From Coriobacteriia bacterium (GTDB taxonomy: Bacteria; Actinomycetota; Coriobacteriia; WRKU01; WQUG01), in the NCBI GenBank assembly GCA_009785705.1, contig WQVS01000001.1, positions 72,689 to 109,485 on the forward strand: a stretch of DNA of 36,797 nucleotides, given 5' to 3'. Shown here piece after piece: positions 1 through 8,576 of the stretch. The notes beneath the pieces were generated by a model, which saw only the letters and a list, made by a program, of their open reading frames with translations, was not told the DNA's origin and ran no database searches. The number at the start of each line of letters is the position of its first letter. Within the stretch, counting starts at the first letter, position 1. Position numbers and translations under genes: made by a program.

Positions 1-308
1 CAGATGATTGTCTTTCAATAGGTGACTATGTTCTCGCAGGGGGAGAACTGCCCGCCATGGTAACGATAGAGGCCGTGGTGAGACTACTGCCCAGAGTATT
101 GGGCAACTCCATGAGTATTGTTGAAGAATCATTTTCTGCAGATAACGAGGGTTTGCTTGAGCATCCTCACTACACAAGACCAGCAGATTATCGAGGCAAA
201 GCTGTTCCTGAGGTCCTACTGTCAGGTAATCACGCTGAAATTGAAAAGTGGCGAAAAGACCAATCTTTTACACGAACACAAAAACAGCGCCCAGACCTCC
301 TGTCCTAG
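1..308 (+). CDS. trmD: tRNA (guanine37-N1)-methyltransferase TrmD, C-terminal part (5' end lies outside the window)
   Basis: Frame 3 is open from base 3. The translation ..[61 protein letters not shown] matches the conserved TrmD C-terminal half. Stop TAG at 306-308. Confidence 0.9.
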   Translation, partial: DDCLSIGDYVLAGGELPAMVTIEAVVRLLPRVLGNSMSIVEESFSADNEGLLEHPHYTRPADYRGKAVPEVLLSGNHAEIEKWRKDQSFTRTQKQRPDLLS

Positions 309-366
309 CTCTTTAGTATCAATGTAGTGTCGAGATGCCGTCAAAGCAGGTCAGCGGAGGTATTTT

Positions 367-375
367 TGATAGAAT
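367..375 (+). promoter_or_regulatory. Candidate extended -10 element (TGaTAGAAT) upstream of lepB
   Basis: TG at 367-368, one base, then TAGAAT at 370-375, about 45 nt before the lepB ATG. No good -35 hexamer is visible. Confidence 0.3.
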
Positions 376-420
376 ATCCTCTCAAAGCAACAATGCATAT
401 ACTCCCGAGAGGAATCGTCC

Positions 421-1035
421 ATGAGTTCTGATCTTTCAAGAAAAGCCCAAAAAGAGGCCCAGTCTGCTAGTGATACCAGAGGCGTTACAGGTAGATGGCT
501 CGTTGAAACTGCGGCATTAGTTCTATTGGCTTTTGTTATCGCTATGGGTGTGAGAGCATTTATAGTTGAACCTTATCGTATTCCAACAGAATCTATGCTT
601 CCAACCATTGAGGCTAATGACCACATCTTGATTTATCGTTTGGGCACACATCTGGGGTCTGCTCCGAGCCAAGAAGATGTTGTAGTCTTCTATGATCCTA
701 CCAACATCTTTCCAAATTTGGTAAAGCGCGTCATAGCTACAGAAGGACAGGTTGTCGATTTCACTCCTGAGGGGAAAGTTCTCATCAATGGCGTTGCAAT
801 AGATGAACCTTACCTGGTTACCCCTTCATCAACCTTTCCTTTGCAACCAGAATCAAATTTGCATGCAGCAATTGAATATCCCTTTGTAGTTCCCGATGGA
901 TACATCTTTGTATTAGGGGATAACCGGGAGCGAAGTTCAGATAGTAGAGCATTTGGACCTGTTCCAATATCAGAAGTAAAGGGAGTAGCCTTCTTCACTT
1001 ACTGGCCACTAGGAAATTTCGCCACTTTAGAATGA
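421..1035 (+). CDS. lepB: Signal peptidase I
   Basis: 204-aa ORF with an N-terminal TM helix. It carries the catalytic Ser box (ESMLPTI), the Lys box (LVKRVIA) and GDNRERSSDSR. SD-like GAGAGGA lies 6 nt before the ATG. Confidence 0.9.
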   Translation: MSSDLSRKAQKEAQSASDTRGVTGRWLVETAALVLLAFVIAMGVRAFIVEPYRIPTESMLPTIEANDHILIYRLGTHLGSAPSQEDVVVFYDPTNIFPNLVKRVIATEGQVVDFTPEGKVLINGVAIDEPYLVTPSSTFPLQPESNLHAAIEYPFVVPDGYIFVLGDNRERSSDSRAFGPVPISEVKGVAFFTYWPLGNFATLE

Positions 1036-1075
1036 CTGTGTTATACTTGCTAGCTGTTGATAACTGAATTGTGTG

Positions 1076-1105
1076 CTGCCATAGACAGTCGGTTCTCTGT
1101 ATATT
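1076..1105 (+). promoter_or_regulatory. Candidate promoter for the rplJ leader (CTGCCA-N18-TATATT)
   Basis: -35-like CTGCCA at 1076-1081 and -10 TATATT at 1100-1105, preceded by TG. Sequence inspection only. Confidence 0.3.
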
Positions 1106-1106
1106 T

Positions 1107-1337
1107 TGCAAATGCAAGGTTAGGAGAGTAATGAGATGCCTCTTTTGCTGAGGTATTTCGCCCACCGAGGTAGTCGTTTAGATAAGGAATATGTCCTGCT
1201 GGGCAGATTCCGCCTCTTTCGGCCCTCGTGACAAACTGTTCCGAGGGTTTTTTATTGCCATAACTATAAATATAGGATTTTGGCAAAAAGTGCAGCGACG
1301 TTCAGACAAAGAACGAATTGCACTGAGAGGAGGATAT
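1107..1337 (+). promoter_or_regulatory. Candidate ribosomal protein L10 (rplJ) autoregulatory leader
   Basis: About 230 nt of untranslated, structured sequence lies directly upstream of rplJ and contains an intrinsic terminator. CGAGG(T/G) occurs twice (near 1170 and at 1242-1247) and both copies can pair with CCCTCG at 1223-1228, giving an antiterminator/terminator choice. I cannot confirm Rfam L10_leader membership by eye. Confidence 0.45.
1222..1254 (+). terminator. Intrinsic terminator inside the rplJ leader (attenuator)
   Basis: CCCTCG (1223-1228) and CGAGGG (1242-1247) flank a 13-nt loop and are followed by TTTTTT. The hairpin lies 84 nt upstream of the rplJ start. Confidence 0.6.
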
Positions 1338-1859
1338 ATGCCCGCAAAATCAAAATTAACCGTTGTAGCAGAGATTAAAGAACGCTTTAATGCCTGCCCC
1401 AATGTGCTTTTGGTAGATTACCGTGGACTGGATGTTCAGTCTGTATCAAAGCTACGTAGCGAACTGCGCGAAGCTGGTGGTGAGATGGTTGTTTACAAGA
1501 ACACATTGACACAGATTGCTATGCGCGAACTTGCTTTGCCTTCAATGGAAGATTTACTCATGGGTCCTAGCGCTTTCATTTTCTCTGGAGATGATCCCGT
1601 GCCTTGCGCAAAGGTACTTGCAAACTTCTCAAAAGAGAATGAAGCATTGGAACTAAAAGGTGGTTTGGTGCAAAGCCAAATTATCGATGAGTCAGGACTG
1701 AAAGCACTTGCAACTTTGCCTTCACGCGAAGAACTGCTTGCAAAGCTTTTGGGTACCATCAGCAACCCAGCACGTGGTATGGTTACCGTACTGTCTGGAC
1801 CTGCTCGTGGATTGGTTACCGCACTTTCTGCACTTCAAGAACAAAAAGAAGCCGCTTAA
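1338..1859 (+). CDS. rplJ: 50S ribosomal protein L10
   Basis: ATG at 1338 is preceded by GAGAGGAGG. The sequence MPAKSKLTVVAEIKERF..VLLVDYRGLDV..LR..LREAGGEMVVYKNTL is typical of L10. The tracked ORF start at 1191 would read through the leader terminator, so it is rejected. Confidence 0.93.
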   Translation: MPAKSKLTVVAEIKERFNACPNVLLVDYRGLDVQSVSKLRSELREAGGEMVVYKNTLTQIAMRELALPSMEDLLMGPSAFIFSGDDPVPCAKVLANFSKENEALELKGGLVQSQIIDESGLKALATLPSREELLAKLLGTISNPARGMVTVLSGPARGLVTALSALQEQKEAA

Positions 1860-1991
1860 AGCGCAGGGAACGGTACGACAAGTTATACCTCAAGTTGCAT
1901 AAAGCAACTTACCGCAGCTTGCGATGCGCATAAGCAGAACAGCTGTACATTTTGAGAATAGAATGAACATTTATCGAAAGGATATACAAAA

Positions 1992-2372
1992 ATGGCTGTA
2001 ACACGTGATGAGATTATCGAAGCTTTAAAAGCAATGCCAGCTCTAGAACTATCAGAGCTTGTATCAGAACTAGAAGAAGTATTTGGCGTTAGCGCTGCTG
2101 CTCCTATGGCAGTTGTAGCTGGCGGTGCTGCTGCTGGAGACGCTCCTGCTGCAGAAGAGAAGAGCGAATTTGACGTAGTTCTAGAAGGATTCGGCGACAA
2201 CAAGATTGCTGTAATTAAGGTAGTTCGTGGAATCACCGGTCTAGGTCTGAAAGAAGCTAAAGAACTAGTAGAAGGTGCTCCAAAGCCAGTTGCTGAAGGT
2301 GTAGCAAAGGATAAGGCTGAAGAAATGAAGAAGGAAATGGAAGAAGCAGGAGCTGCTGTTACTCTAAAGTAG
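1992..2372 (+). CDS. rplL: 50S ribosomal protein L7/L12
   Basis: 126 aa with an N-terminal dimerisation helix, an Ala-rich hinge, and the C-terminal domain [30 protein letters not shown]. Confidence 0.96.
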   Translation: MAVTRDEIIEALKAMPALELSELVSELEEVFGVSAAAPMAVVAGGAAAGDAPAAEEKSEFDVVLEGFGDNKIAVIKVVRGITGLGLKEAKELVEGAPKPVAEGVAKDKAEEMKKEMEEAGAAVTLK

Positions 2373-2400
2373 CGCACCGAGCAACCAATCTTCGTACTAT

Positions 2401-2455
2401 AAAAGGGAGTGCTTGCGTAGGAACTAACTACGCTGCGCACTCCCTTTTCTTTTTG
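2401..2455 (+). terminator. Intrinsic terminator after rplL (A-tract, hairpin, T-tract; possibly bidirectional)
   Basis: The outer stem is GGGAGTGC (2405-2412) with GCACTCCC (2437-2444). The inner stem is GCGTAG (2415-2420) with CTACGC (2428-2433). AAAA lies 5' of the hairpin and TTTTCTTTTT lies 3' of it. Confidence 0.8.
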
Positions 2456-2537
2456 GCGTAAATCCTGAACGCTGGAAGCACATTCAATCATCTGCTAGCT
2501 TTAGGTTTGTTAGGTGTTCTTGGTTATAATGGAATAC

Positions 2538-3251
2538 ATGGAACAACTAAATGCTCACAATAACGGACCGCTGATTCGTCTGAATGAGGTTAATAAAGTA
2601 TACGAGACAGGCGGAATTCGCTTCGAAGCTCTAAAAGATGTAAATCTTGAAGTATTTTCAGGTGAATTTGTGGGCCTTATCGGCAAGTCTGGTAGCGGTA
2701 AAACCACCCTTATTAATATGATTACAGGGATTGACCATCTAAGCTCTGGTGAAATTTGGATTGATGGGACAGCTGTACATACTTTAAACGAAAATCGTAT
2801 GGCGATTTGGCGAGGAAACACGATTGGTGTTGTCTTTCAATTCTTCCAACTGCTGCCGACCTTAACAGCGATAGAAAACGTTATGTTGCCCATGGACTTT
2901 TGTAATGTTCATGCCCGCAGTGATCGTGCAGAGGTTGCACTGTACTATTTGGAGCAAGTAGAGATGGCTGACCATGCCTATAAATTGCCAACAGAATTGT
3001 CTGGTGGGCAACAGCAGCGTGTTGCTATCGCGCGCGCACTTGCCAACGATCCACCCCTCATTGTTGCTGATGAACCCACAGGAAACTTAGATAGCAAGAC
3101 TGCAGATGCCGTTTTTGGACTCTTCGAGCGCCTAGTAGACAGTGGCAAAACTATTGTTATGGTGACGCATGATAATGATTTGGCGCAGCGTGTAACACGC
3201 AGCCTTCTTGTAGCAGATGGACAAATCACAGACGATGTCCAAGCCAGCTAA
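2538..3251 (+). CDS. ABC transporter ATP-binding protein, MacB/LolD/FtsE-like
   Basis: Walker A GKSGSGKTT, signature LSGGQQQRVAIARAL, Walker B LIVADEPTGNLD and H-loop VTHD. The start is uncertain: the ORF opens at GTG 2514, with other in-frame ATGs at 2529 and 2538. I chose 2538 because TATAAT at 2525-2530 sits 7 nt upstream and there is no SD (possible leaderless mRNA). Confidence 0.88.
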   Translation: MEQLNAHNNGPLIRLNEVNKVYETGGIRFEALKDVNLEVFSGEFVGLIGKSGSGKTTLINMITGIDHLSSGEIWIDGTAVHTLNENRMAIWRGNTIGVVFQFFQLLPTLTAIENVMLPMDFCNVHARSDRAEVALYYLEQVEMADHAYKLPTELSGGQQQRVAIARALANDPPLIVADEPTGNLDSKTADAVFGLFERLVDSGKTIVMVTHDNDLAQRVTRSLLVADGQITDDVQAS

Positions 3252-5808
3252 ACAACTGCCCGACCAATCACCTAAATCAAGCGATTTGCGCCCGTCCGCA
3301 AAGTCTTCAAGAGGAAAGGGTTTGACTAACGTCATTCCTCCACGCTTTATTAAGGTTCTGCGCGATCTTACTTCAAATAAATCCAGAACAATGCTTGTCA
3401 TCTTGTCGATTGCGGTAGGGATTTATGCGATTGCAGCAATATTGGGTGCGCGTCAGGTACTTATGCGCGAATTCGAAGACGGCTTTGATGCGAGCAAAAA
3501 ATTCTCCATTTCCTACACAATAAACGATTCCTCAGAGCGCGTGGAAGGGGTCTTGCGCCAAATCGAGGCACGCGATGATGTTTTGGGCGTTAGTGGTAGG
3601 CGCATGGTGTCAGCAGCTTTTACGCAGATACCTGAAAGCATGACTGATGCAGAGGCTCTTTCAAGGTTACCTGACCCAGACGAAGAGAAAATCGTCATGA
3701 ACATACAGGCAACTTCAGACGCAGAATTCTCTTACGGGTCAGAAGTTAACCACTTCTTTTCCTTGGGGCATCGTACCTGGCCCCCAGGGTCTCAAGATAT
3801 CATTATTGAGGCAAGCGCCTTACAAGTCTTTGACCTCCAGATAGGAGACCGAATTCTTGTTGAGGTGGGCCCTAACAAGGCTGTCTTTCGTATAGCTGGG
3901 TTTGCTCATGATTTAAATGCAATTCCTACTATGTTCTTTGATCAGGTAGAGGCCTTTGTGTCGATGGGCGCCCTAACTTCACTCGGTTTGCCTGAAGAGC
4001 CTAATCGTATTATGGTTCGCGTTGATCCTGAATTGTCTCGCGTGGAAGTTGCAGGCATTGCAGACAGCATTCAGACACAACACCTTGATGCCGCAAATAT
4101 TATTGTTGACCGAATGGAAGTCCCAGAACCTAACTTCCACTTTTTCGGCAGTCTCTTTGAGGCAGTCAGTGTACTTCTGCTGTTTATGGCCTTTATGGCA
4201 CTTGCCCTTTCTGGCTTTCTTGTTGTTACTACCACTAATGCAATTTTGATTCAGCAAACACGTCAGTTGGGTATCATGAAAGCAATAGGGGGGATGCGAC
4301 GACAGATTTCAACTCTCTACTTTGGTCTAGTGATTGGTTATGGCTTGCTTGCCTTGCTTATTGGTATTCCTACAGGAATACTTTTTGGTTATGCTTTTAT
4401 TGATTACGCAGCAGGAATCTTGAACTTTCACATCACTAGCATGACCTATCCTGCCTGGGTTATTGCTCTACTTGTTGCTGTTGGGATACTGCTTCCCGTA
4501 GTTGCTGCGTCATTACCCATTCAAAAAGGGGTTCGCAGACCTATTGTTGAAGTTTTAAGTGCCTATGCAAACACAGTAGGCTTTGGTGGTGGATGGGTAG
4601 ACCGCCTTCTGGGCAAGATTAGTTTTCTACCCAGGCCTACAGCGCTTGCTCTAAGGTCAACCTTTTCACGAAAAGGCCGTCTTGCCCTGACCTTAACAAC
4701 CTTACTCTTGGCATCTGGTGTAGTAATGTCGGTCTTTTCTGCTCATGCCTCATTGGGGTATACCGTAGATACGATTGGTAGCTGGTGGAAGTACGATACG
4801 CAACTTCGCTTCGCCCTGCCCGTAAATAATGACGATTTGAAGCGTATCGCCTACGACAACGAAGAAGTTATCTATGCAGAGACTTGGTTAGATACGCGTG
4901 CAACCATTGTGCGACCCGATGGAACTAAAAACGACTCATTTTTTGCCTTGGGGGTACCTCCCGATACTCGCATTTTGGATTTCAATTATGAGCAGGGTAG
5001 ACCACCAGAGCCAGGTGAACAGGGTGTCATCATCAACACAGAGATTCTTGCGACAGAGGATTATCTAATACCTCCCGCAACAATAGAGCTGATTATTAAT
5101 GGACAAGAAGTTGAGCGCCCCGTTACAGGACTAGTATCGGGATCTCTCAACGGTGCTCATATCTATATGGATCGCGATGATTTGGCAGAATTAATGGGCA
5201 TCCCTGGTGCTTCGACACGTGTCTTGGTCCAGGCAGAGGGAGGCCAGTATGCGCAGTCTAATTTCCGTGCAGCACAAGACAGATTGAACTTGCAGACACG
5301 TCTAGCAGACTCGCTTGACAGGCGATTTACTGACCAGGGATACATGGTTATTGCGACACAAACTGCCGCAGATCAGTTGCAGACACAGCGCGAACAATTA
5401 GACATCTTATCGACTTTTCTTATTATCATGGCAAGCGCACTTGCTGTTGTAGGAATTATTGGCTTATCAGGGTCAATGACCTTAAGTGTAATTGAGTCAA
5501 CGCGTGAGATTGGCATTATGAGATCGGTAGGCGCAAGTCATCTGTCAATATTTGGCATCTACATCACGCAAGGTCTTGTGGTAGGAACGATATCATGGTT
5601 CTTTGGGGCATTTTTGTCATGGCCCTTATCTTTTGCCCTGATGGAGGCACTAAGCATGACATTGGAGATGAGCTTGTCCTATACCTTCTCATTCGAAGGG
5701 GTAGTAATTTGGTTAGTATTTGTATGGCTAATCTCAATATTGGCAAGCTTGTTACCAGCATGGAGGGCTTCACAGGTATCAATAAGGGATGCCATCTCCC
5801 ATGAATGA
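3235..5808 (+). CDS. ABC transporter permease with two FtsX/MacB-type modules (duplicated TM1, large extracytoplasmic domain, TM2-4)
   Basis: About 857 aa. Each half has a single TM helix, then a 220-250-aa hydrophilic domain, then a three-TM bundle (..QLGIMKAIGG.. and ..EIGIMRSVGAS.. are typical FtsX-domain motifs). It overlaps the ATPase stop by 17 nt. Confidence 0.85.
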   Translation: MSKPAKQLPDQSPKSSDLRPSAKSSRGKGLTNVIPPRFIKVLRDLTSNKSRTMLVILSIAVGIYAIAAILGARQVLMREFEDGFDASKKFSISYTINDSSERVEGVLRQIEARDDVLGVSGRRMVSAAFTQIPESMTDAEALSRLPDPDEEKIVMNIQATSDAEFSYGSEVNHFFSLGHRTWPPGSQDIIIEASALQVFDLQIGDRILVEVGPNKAVFRIAGFAHDLNAIPTMFFDQVEAFVSMGALTSLGLPEEPNRIMVRVDPELSRVEVAGIADSIQTQHLDAANIIVDRMEVPEPNFHFFGSLFEAVSVLLLFMAFMALALSGFLVVTTTNAILIQQTRQLGIMKAIGGMRRQISTLYFGLVIGYGLLALLIGIPTGILFGYAFIDYAAGILNFHITSMTYPAWVIALLVAVGILLPVVAASLPIQKGVRRPIVEVLSAYANTVGFGGGWVDRLLGKISFLPRPTALALRSTFSRKGRLALTLTTLLLASGVVMSVFSAHASLGYTVDTIGSWWKYDTQLRFALPVNNDDLKRIAYDNEEVIYAETWLDTRATIVRPDGTKNDSFFALGVPPDTRILDFNYEQGRPPEPGEQGVIINTEILATEDYLIPPATIELIINGQEVERPVTGLVSGSLNGAHIYMDRDDLAELMGIPGASTRVLVQAEGGQYAQSNFRAAQDRLNLQTRLADSLDRRFTDQGYMVIATQTAADQLQTQREQLDILSTFLIIMASALAVVGIIGLSGSMTLSVIESTREIGIMRSVGASHLSIFGIYITQGLVVGTISWFFGAFLSWPLSFALMEALSMTLEMSLSYTFSFEGVVIWLVFVWLISILASLLPAWRASQVSIRDAISHE

Positions 5809-5875
5809 CCTGTTTTGACAGGGTTCTTGGTACAATTGGTGTTGATTTTTACTAGCTTATTTGGGGGAACTTTCT

Positions 5876-7321
5876 TTGTTGCTTAATGAGATATCTTTTG
5901 GTACTGACGGCTGGCGTGCTGTTGTTGGTTCTGGATTTAACGATGACAATGTTCGCCTTGTTGCTCGCGCTACTGCTCTTACTTTTCTTGATAGTTTGCC
6001 TCTTCAGGAGTCTCTCCAGAAGCCACGCATTTACATTGGTTATGACACCCGTGAGCACGCCGATCACTTTGCTCAGTTGGTTGCAGAAACGATGGCGGCG
6101 CAGGGTCTGGAAGTCATTCTTTCTGATAGTTACATTCCCACCCCCGCACTGTGTTGGACTGTGTCACGTGATGCACAGGCCATAGGGGGCATTCAGTTAA
6201 CTGCGAGTCATAACCCTGCTGGTTGGCTTGGGCTAAAGGTGCGCATGAATGATGGTGGGGCAGCACCCGCAGACTTCACCAAGAAAATCGAAGCACTTAT
6301 TGCTTCTACTGCAGGAGCCAAAGAAGAGCCCACCGAATCGAAAGATAAAGAAAACGCAAAGGTGATAACAAAAGATCTTGTCTCAGCTTATTTGGACGCA
6401 ATCTGCCAGTTTGTTGATGATGATGCGATTAGAGACGCAGGACTTAAGGTGGTTGTGGATCCCCTTTTCGGAGCCTCGCGCGTTTATCTCGCAGAGACCT
6501 TTGAGCATCTTGGTGTTGAGGTTTTGCGTTTGCATGATGAGCAAGATTTCAGTTTTGGAAATCTACATCCAGAACCAATTCCTCCCTGGACTGATGGGCT
6601 TGCGGCGGCAGTGCGTAAGTCTGATGCTGTGGCAGGCTTTGCTTTAGACGGTGACGCTGATCGTTTAGGGGCAGTCGATGAAGAGGGCAATTTTGTCTCA
6701 CCTCATAAAATACTTGCTCTGATTGCGCAGCACTTGATAGAAAACAGGGGGCAGTCAGGCAGGATTGTAAAGACACTTTCTACTTCTCAGCTTGTTGATA
6801 GGCTTGCTCGCAGTTTAGGAACAGAACTCACAACGACCCCAATTGGCTTTAAGTGGATTTACGAGGAAATGCTTGCAGGTGACGTTATGGTTGGCGGTGA
6901 AGAAAGCGGGGGTATAGGCATTCCTTGCCATGTACGTGAACGCGACGGTTTACTTATGAGCTTACTGCTAGCAGAGATGATGGCAGTCACTGGTCTTAGC
7001 CTTAAGGTTCTCGTTGAACAATTAGAAGCACAGCTTGGTAAGCTTTATTATCAGCGCCAGGATGTGACTCTGGAACCTTTGCATATGGATTGCTTTAGAG
7101 CGGTGCTGCCTACGCTTGCACCTGCACGTATAGCAGAAACTCCCGTGGTAGAGCATGTCCATTCTGATGGTGCAAAGTTCATATTGCCAGATGATGAATG
7201 GCTGCTCTTGCGCACTTCAGGAACAGAACCCCTTGTGCGCATCTATGCTGAAGCAGCAAATCCGTGTAGACTAGCACTATTGCTAGAAGCAGGAAATCAT
7301 TTAGTACAGGAGGCTAAATAG
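5876..7321 (+). CDS. Phosphoglucomutase/phosphomannomutase family (alpha-D-phosphohexomutase)
   Basis: Motifs present: FGTDGWR, active-site TASHNP, Mg site LDGDADR, sugar loop GGEESGG and phosphate loop RTSGTEPLVRIY. The start is probably TTG 5876 or 5879, which are 6-9 nt after GGGGGAA. The ORF opens at TTG 5861. Confidence 0.85.
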   Translation: MLLNEISFGTDGWRAVVGSGFNDDNVRLVARATALTFLDSLPLQESLQKPRIYIGYDTREHADHFAQLVAETMAAQGLEVILSDSYIPTPALCWTVSRDAQAIGGIQLTASHNPAGWLGLKVRMNDGGAAPADFTKKIEALIASTAGAKEEPTESKDKENAKVITKDLVSAYLDAICQFVDDDAIRDAGLKVVVDPLFGASRVYLAETFEHLGVEVLRLHDEQDFSFGNLHPEPIPPWTDGLAAAVRKSDAVAGFALDGDADRLGAVDEEGNFVSPHKILALIAQHLIENRGQSGRIVKTLSTSQLVDRLARSLGTELTTTPIGFKWIYEEMLAGDVMVGGEESGGIGIPCHVRERDGLLMSLLLAEMMAVTGLSLKVLVEQLEAQLGKLYYQRQDVTLEPLHMDCFRAVLPTLAPARIAETPVVEHVHSDGAKFILPDDEWLLLRTSGTEPLVRIYAEAANPCRLALLLEAGNHLVQEAK

Positions 7322-8571
7322 TGACCAGCATAAGAACCGGCGCAAAAAGAATAGTTATGGTCAACAAGTACTATCCACCTCATGTCGGTGGTATCGAGTT
7401 CCATGTGCGTGACCTAGCAGAAGGCCTAGTTGCTGCTGGACATCAGGTTCGCGTCATTGTGAGCAACGATGAGCGCAGATATACCGAAGAAGTCATTAAT
7501 GGGGTAGAGGTAGTGCGCCTGCCACGCCTTTTTGAAAGAGCATCGACTCCCGTATGTCGCACAATAGGTCCTGTTTTAAGCTTTGAAGTAAAGCAGGCAG
7601 ACATTATGCACTTCCATACACCTTACCCTTGGGGCGAGTTTGAATGGGTGGGGCAGATGGCCTCTAAAAGGACTCCCTACGTAATCACCTATCATTCTGA
7701 TATAGTGCGCCAAAAGCAGGCTCTAGCAGCCTATGGACCCATCTTTAAAAAGTTCCTGAATAGATCGCAGCTTATTATTGCCTCTTCGCCTCAACTTATT
7801 AAATATTCACCCTGGCTCAGCCCGCGTGCAGATAAGTGTCGACAGCTCAATTTTGGACTGCCTGTAGAAAAAATCGCAGAGAACGAGCAGGCTAAAGCAC
7901 GTGCAATGAAGTTGCGCGCTGAACTGACCAGTTCTTCGAAGTGGGTTCAAAAGCCCATAGTTCTCTTTGTGGGCAGACTTATTTACTACAAGGGTATTGA
8001 GGTTCTTGCTCAGGCTATTCCAAAGGTGGATGCTCACTTTGTCATTATCGGAAAGGGACCAGATCGTGCCGTCTTAGATAGGTTAAGAGACGAAGGACTA
8101 GCGGAGCGCATTCATATCATTGATTACGCTGATAATGATGAGCTCATGGCTTGGTATCATGCAGCAGATGTGCTGACTTTGCCCAGTGTAGAAAACTCCG
8201 AGGCCTTTGGTCTAGTACAGATAGAAGCACATGCAGCAGCTACACCCGTTGTTTCAAGTAGGCTTAAAACAGGTGTACCTTATGCAAACCTTGACGGGGT
8301 AACGGGGCTAACCGTTCCTCCTCGCGATGCAAACGCATTAATAGGTTCACTTAATGCCTTACTGCTTGATGACGACCTGCGCTTGCGCCTAGGAAAGCAG
8401 GCACAAGAACGTGCTCTGGAAGAATTTAATATGGAACAAATGATTCAAGGCGTTGAGGCAGTTTATGATGAGGCCCTTGCTAAAAATAGGACACATATGG
8501 CTCTGCAAAAAGCAGCAAGCCTAATGCCATCAAGCCCTGAACTAGGCAGAGAAGGCATGAGCGAAGCTTAA
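7321..8571 (+). CDS. Glycosyltransferase family 4 (GT-B, retaining)
   Basis: N-terminal VMVNKYYPPHVGGIE and the C-terminal E-x7-E region SEAFGLVQIEAHAAATPVV. The GTG start overlaps the upstream stop (TAGTG) and follows the SD AGGAGG. Confidence 0.85.
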   Translation: MTSIRTGAKRIVMVNKYYPPHVGGIEFHVRDLAEGLVAAGHQVRVIVSNDERRYTEEVINGVEVVRLPRLFERASTPVCRTIGPVLSFEVKQADIMHFHTPYPWGEFEWVGQMASKRTPYVITYHSDIVRQKQALAAYGPIFKKFLNRSQLIIASSPQLIKYSPWLSPRADKCRQLNFGLPVEKIAENEQAKARAMKLRAELTSSSKWVQKPIVLFVGRLIYYKGIEVLAQAIPKVDAHFVIIGKGPDRAVLDRLRDEGLAERIHIIDYADNDELMAWYHAADVLTLPSVENSEAFGLVQIEAHAAATPVVSSRLKTGVPYANLDGVTGLTVPPRDANALIGSLNALLLDDDLRLRLGKQAQERALEEFNMEQMIQGVEAVYDEALAKNRTHMALQKAASLMPSSPELGREGMSEA

Positions 8572-8576
8572 TAGTT

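Noticed and set aside
1050-1402. Minus-strand ORFs 1050-1286 and 1178-1402, and the long plus-strand N-terminal extension of rplJ from 1191
   Set aside because: They lie in the structured rplJ leader and span its intrinsic terminator. They have no ribosome-binding sites and no recognisable protein features. The SD plus ATG at 1338 gives a canonical L10 N-terminus.
1883-2491. 202-aa ORF on the minus strand covering all of rplL
   Set aside because: It is antisense to a highly conserved ribosomal protein gene. Its product is low-complexity Ala/Ser/Thr-rich, a mirror of the GCT/GAA-rich rplL codons, and it has no SD. This is a typical shadow ORF.
5809-5822. Small hairpin CCTGT-TTTG-ACAGG after the ABC permease stop, considered as a terminator
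   Set aside because: The stem is only 5 bp and lacks a proper T-run. The next gene starts within about 55 nt, so read-through into the glycan module is at least as likely.
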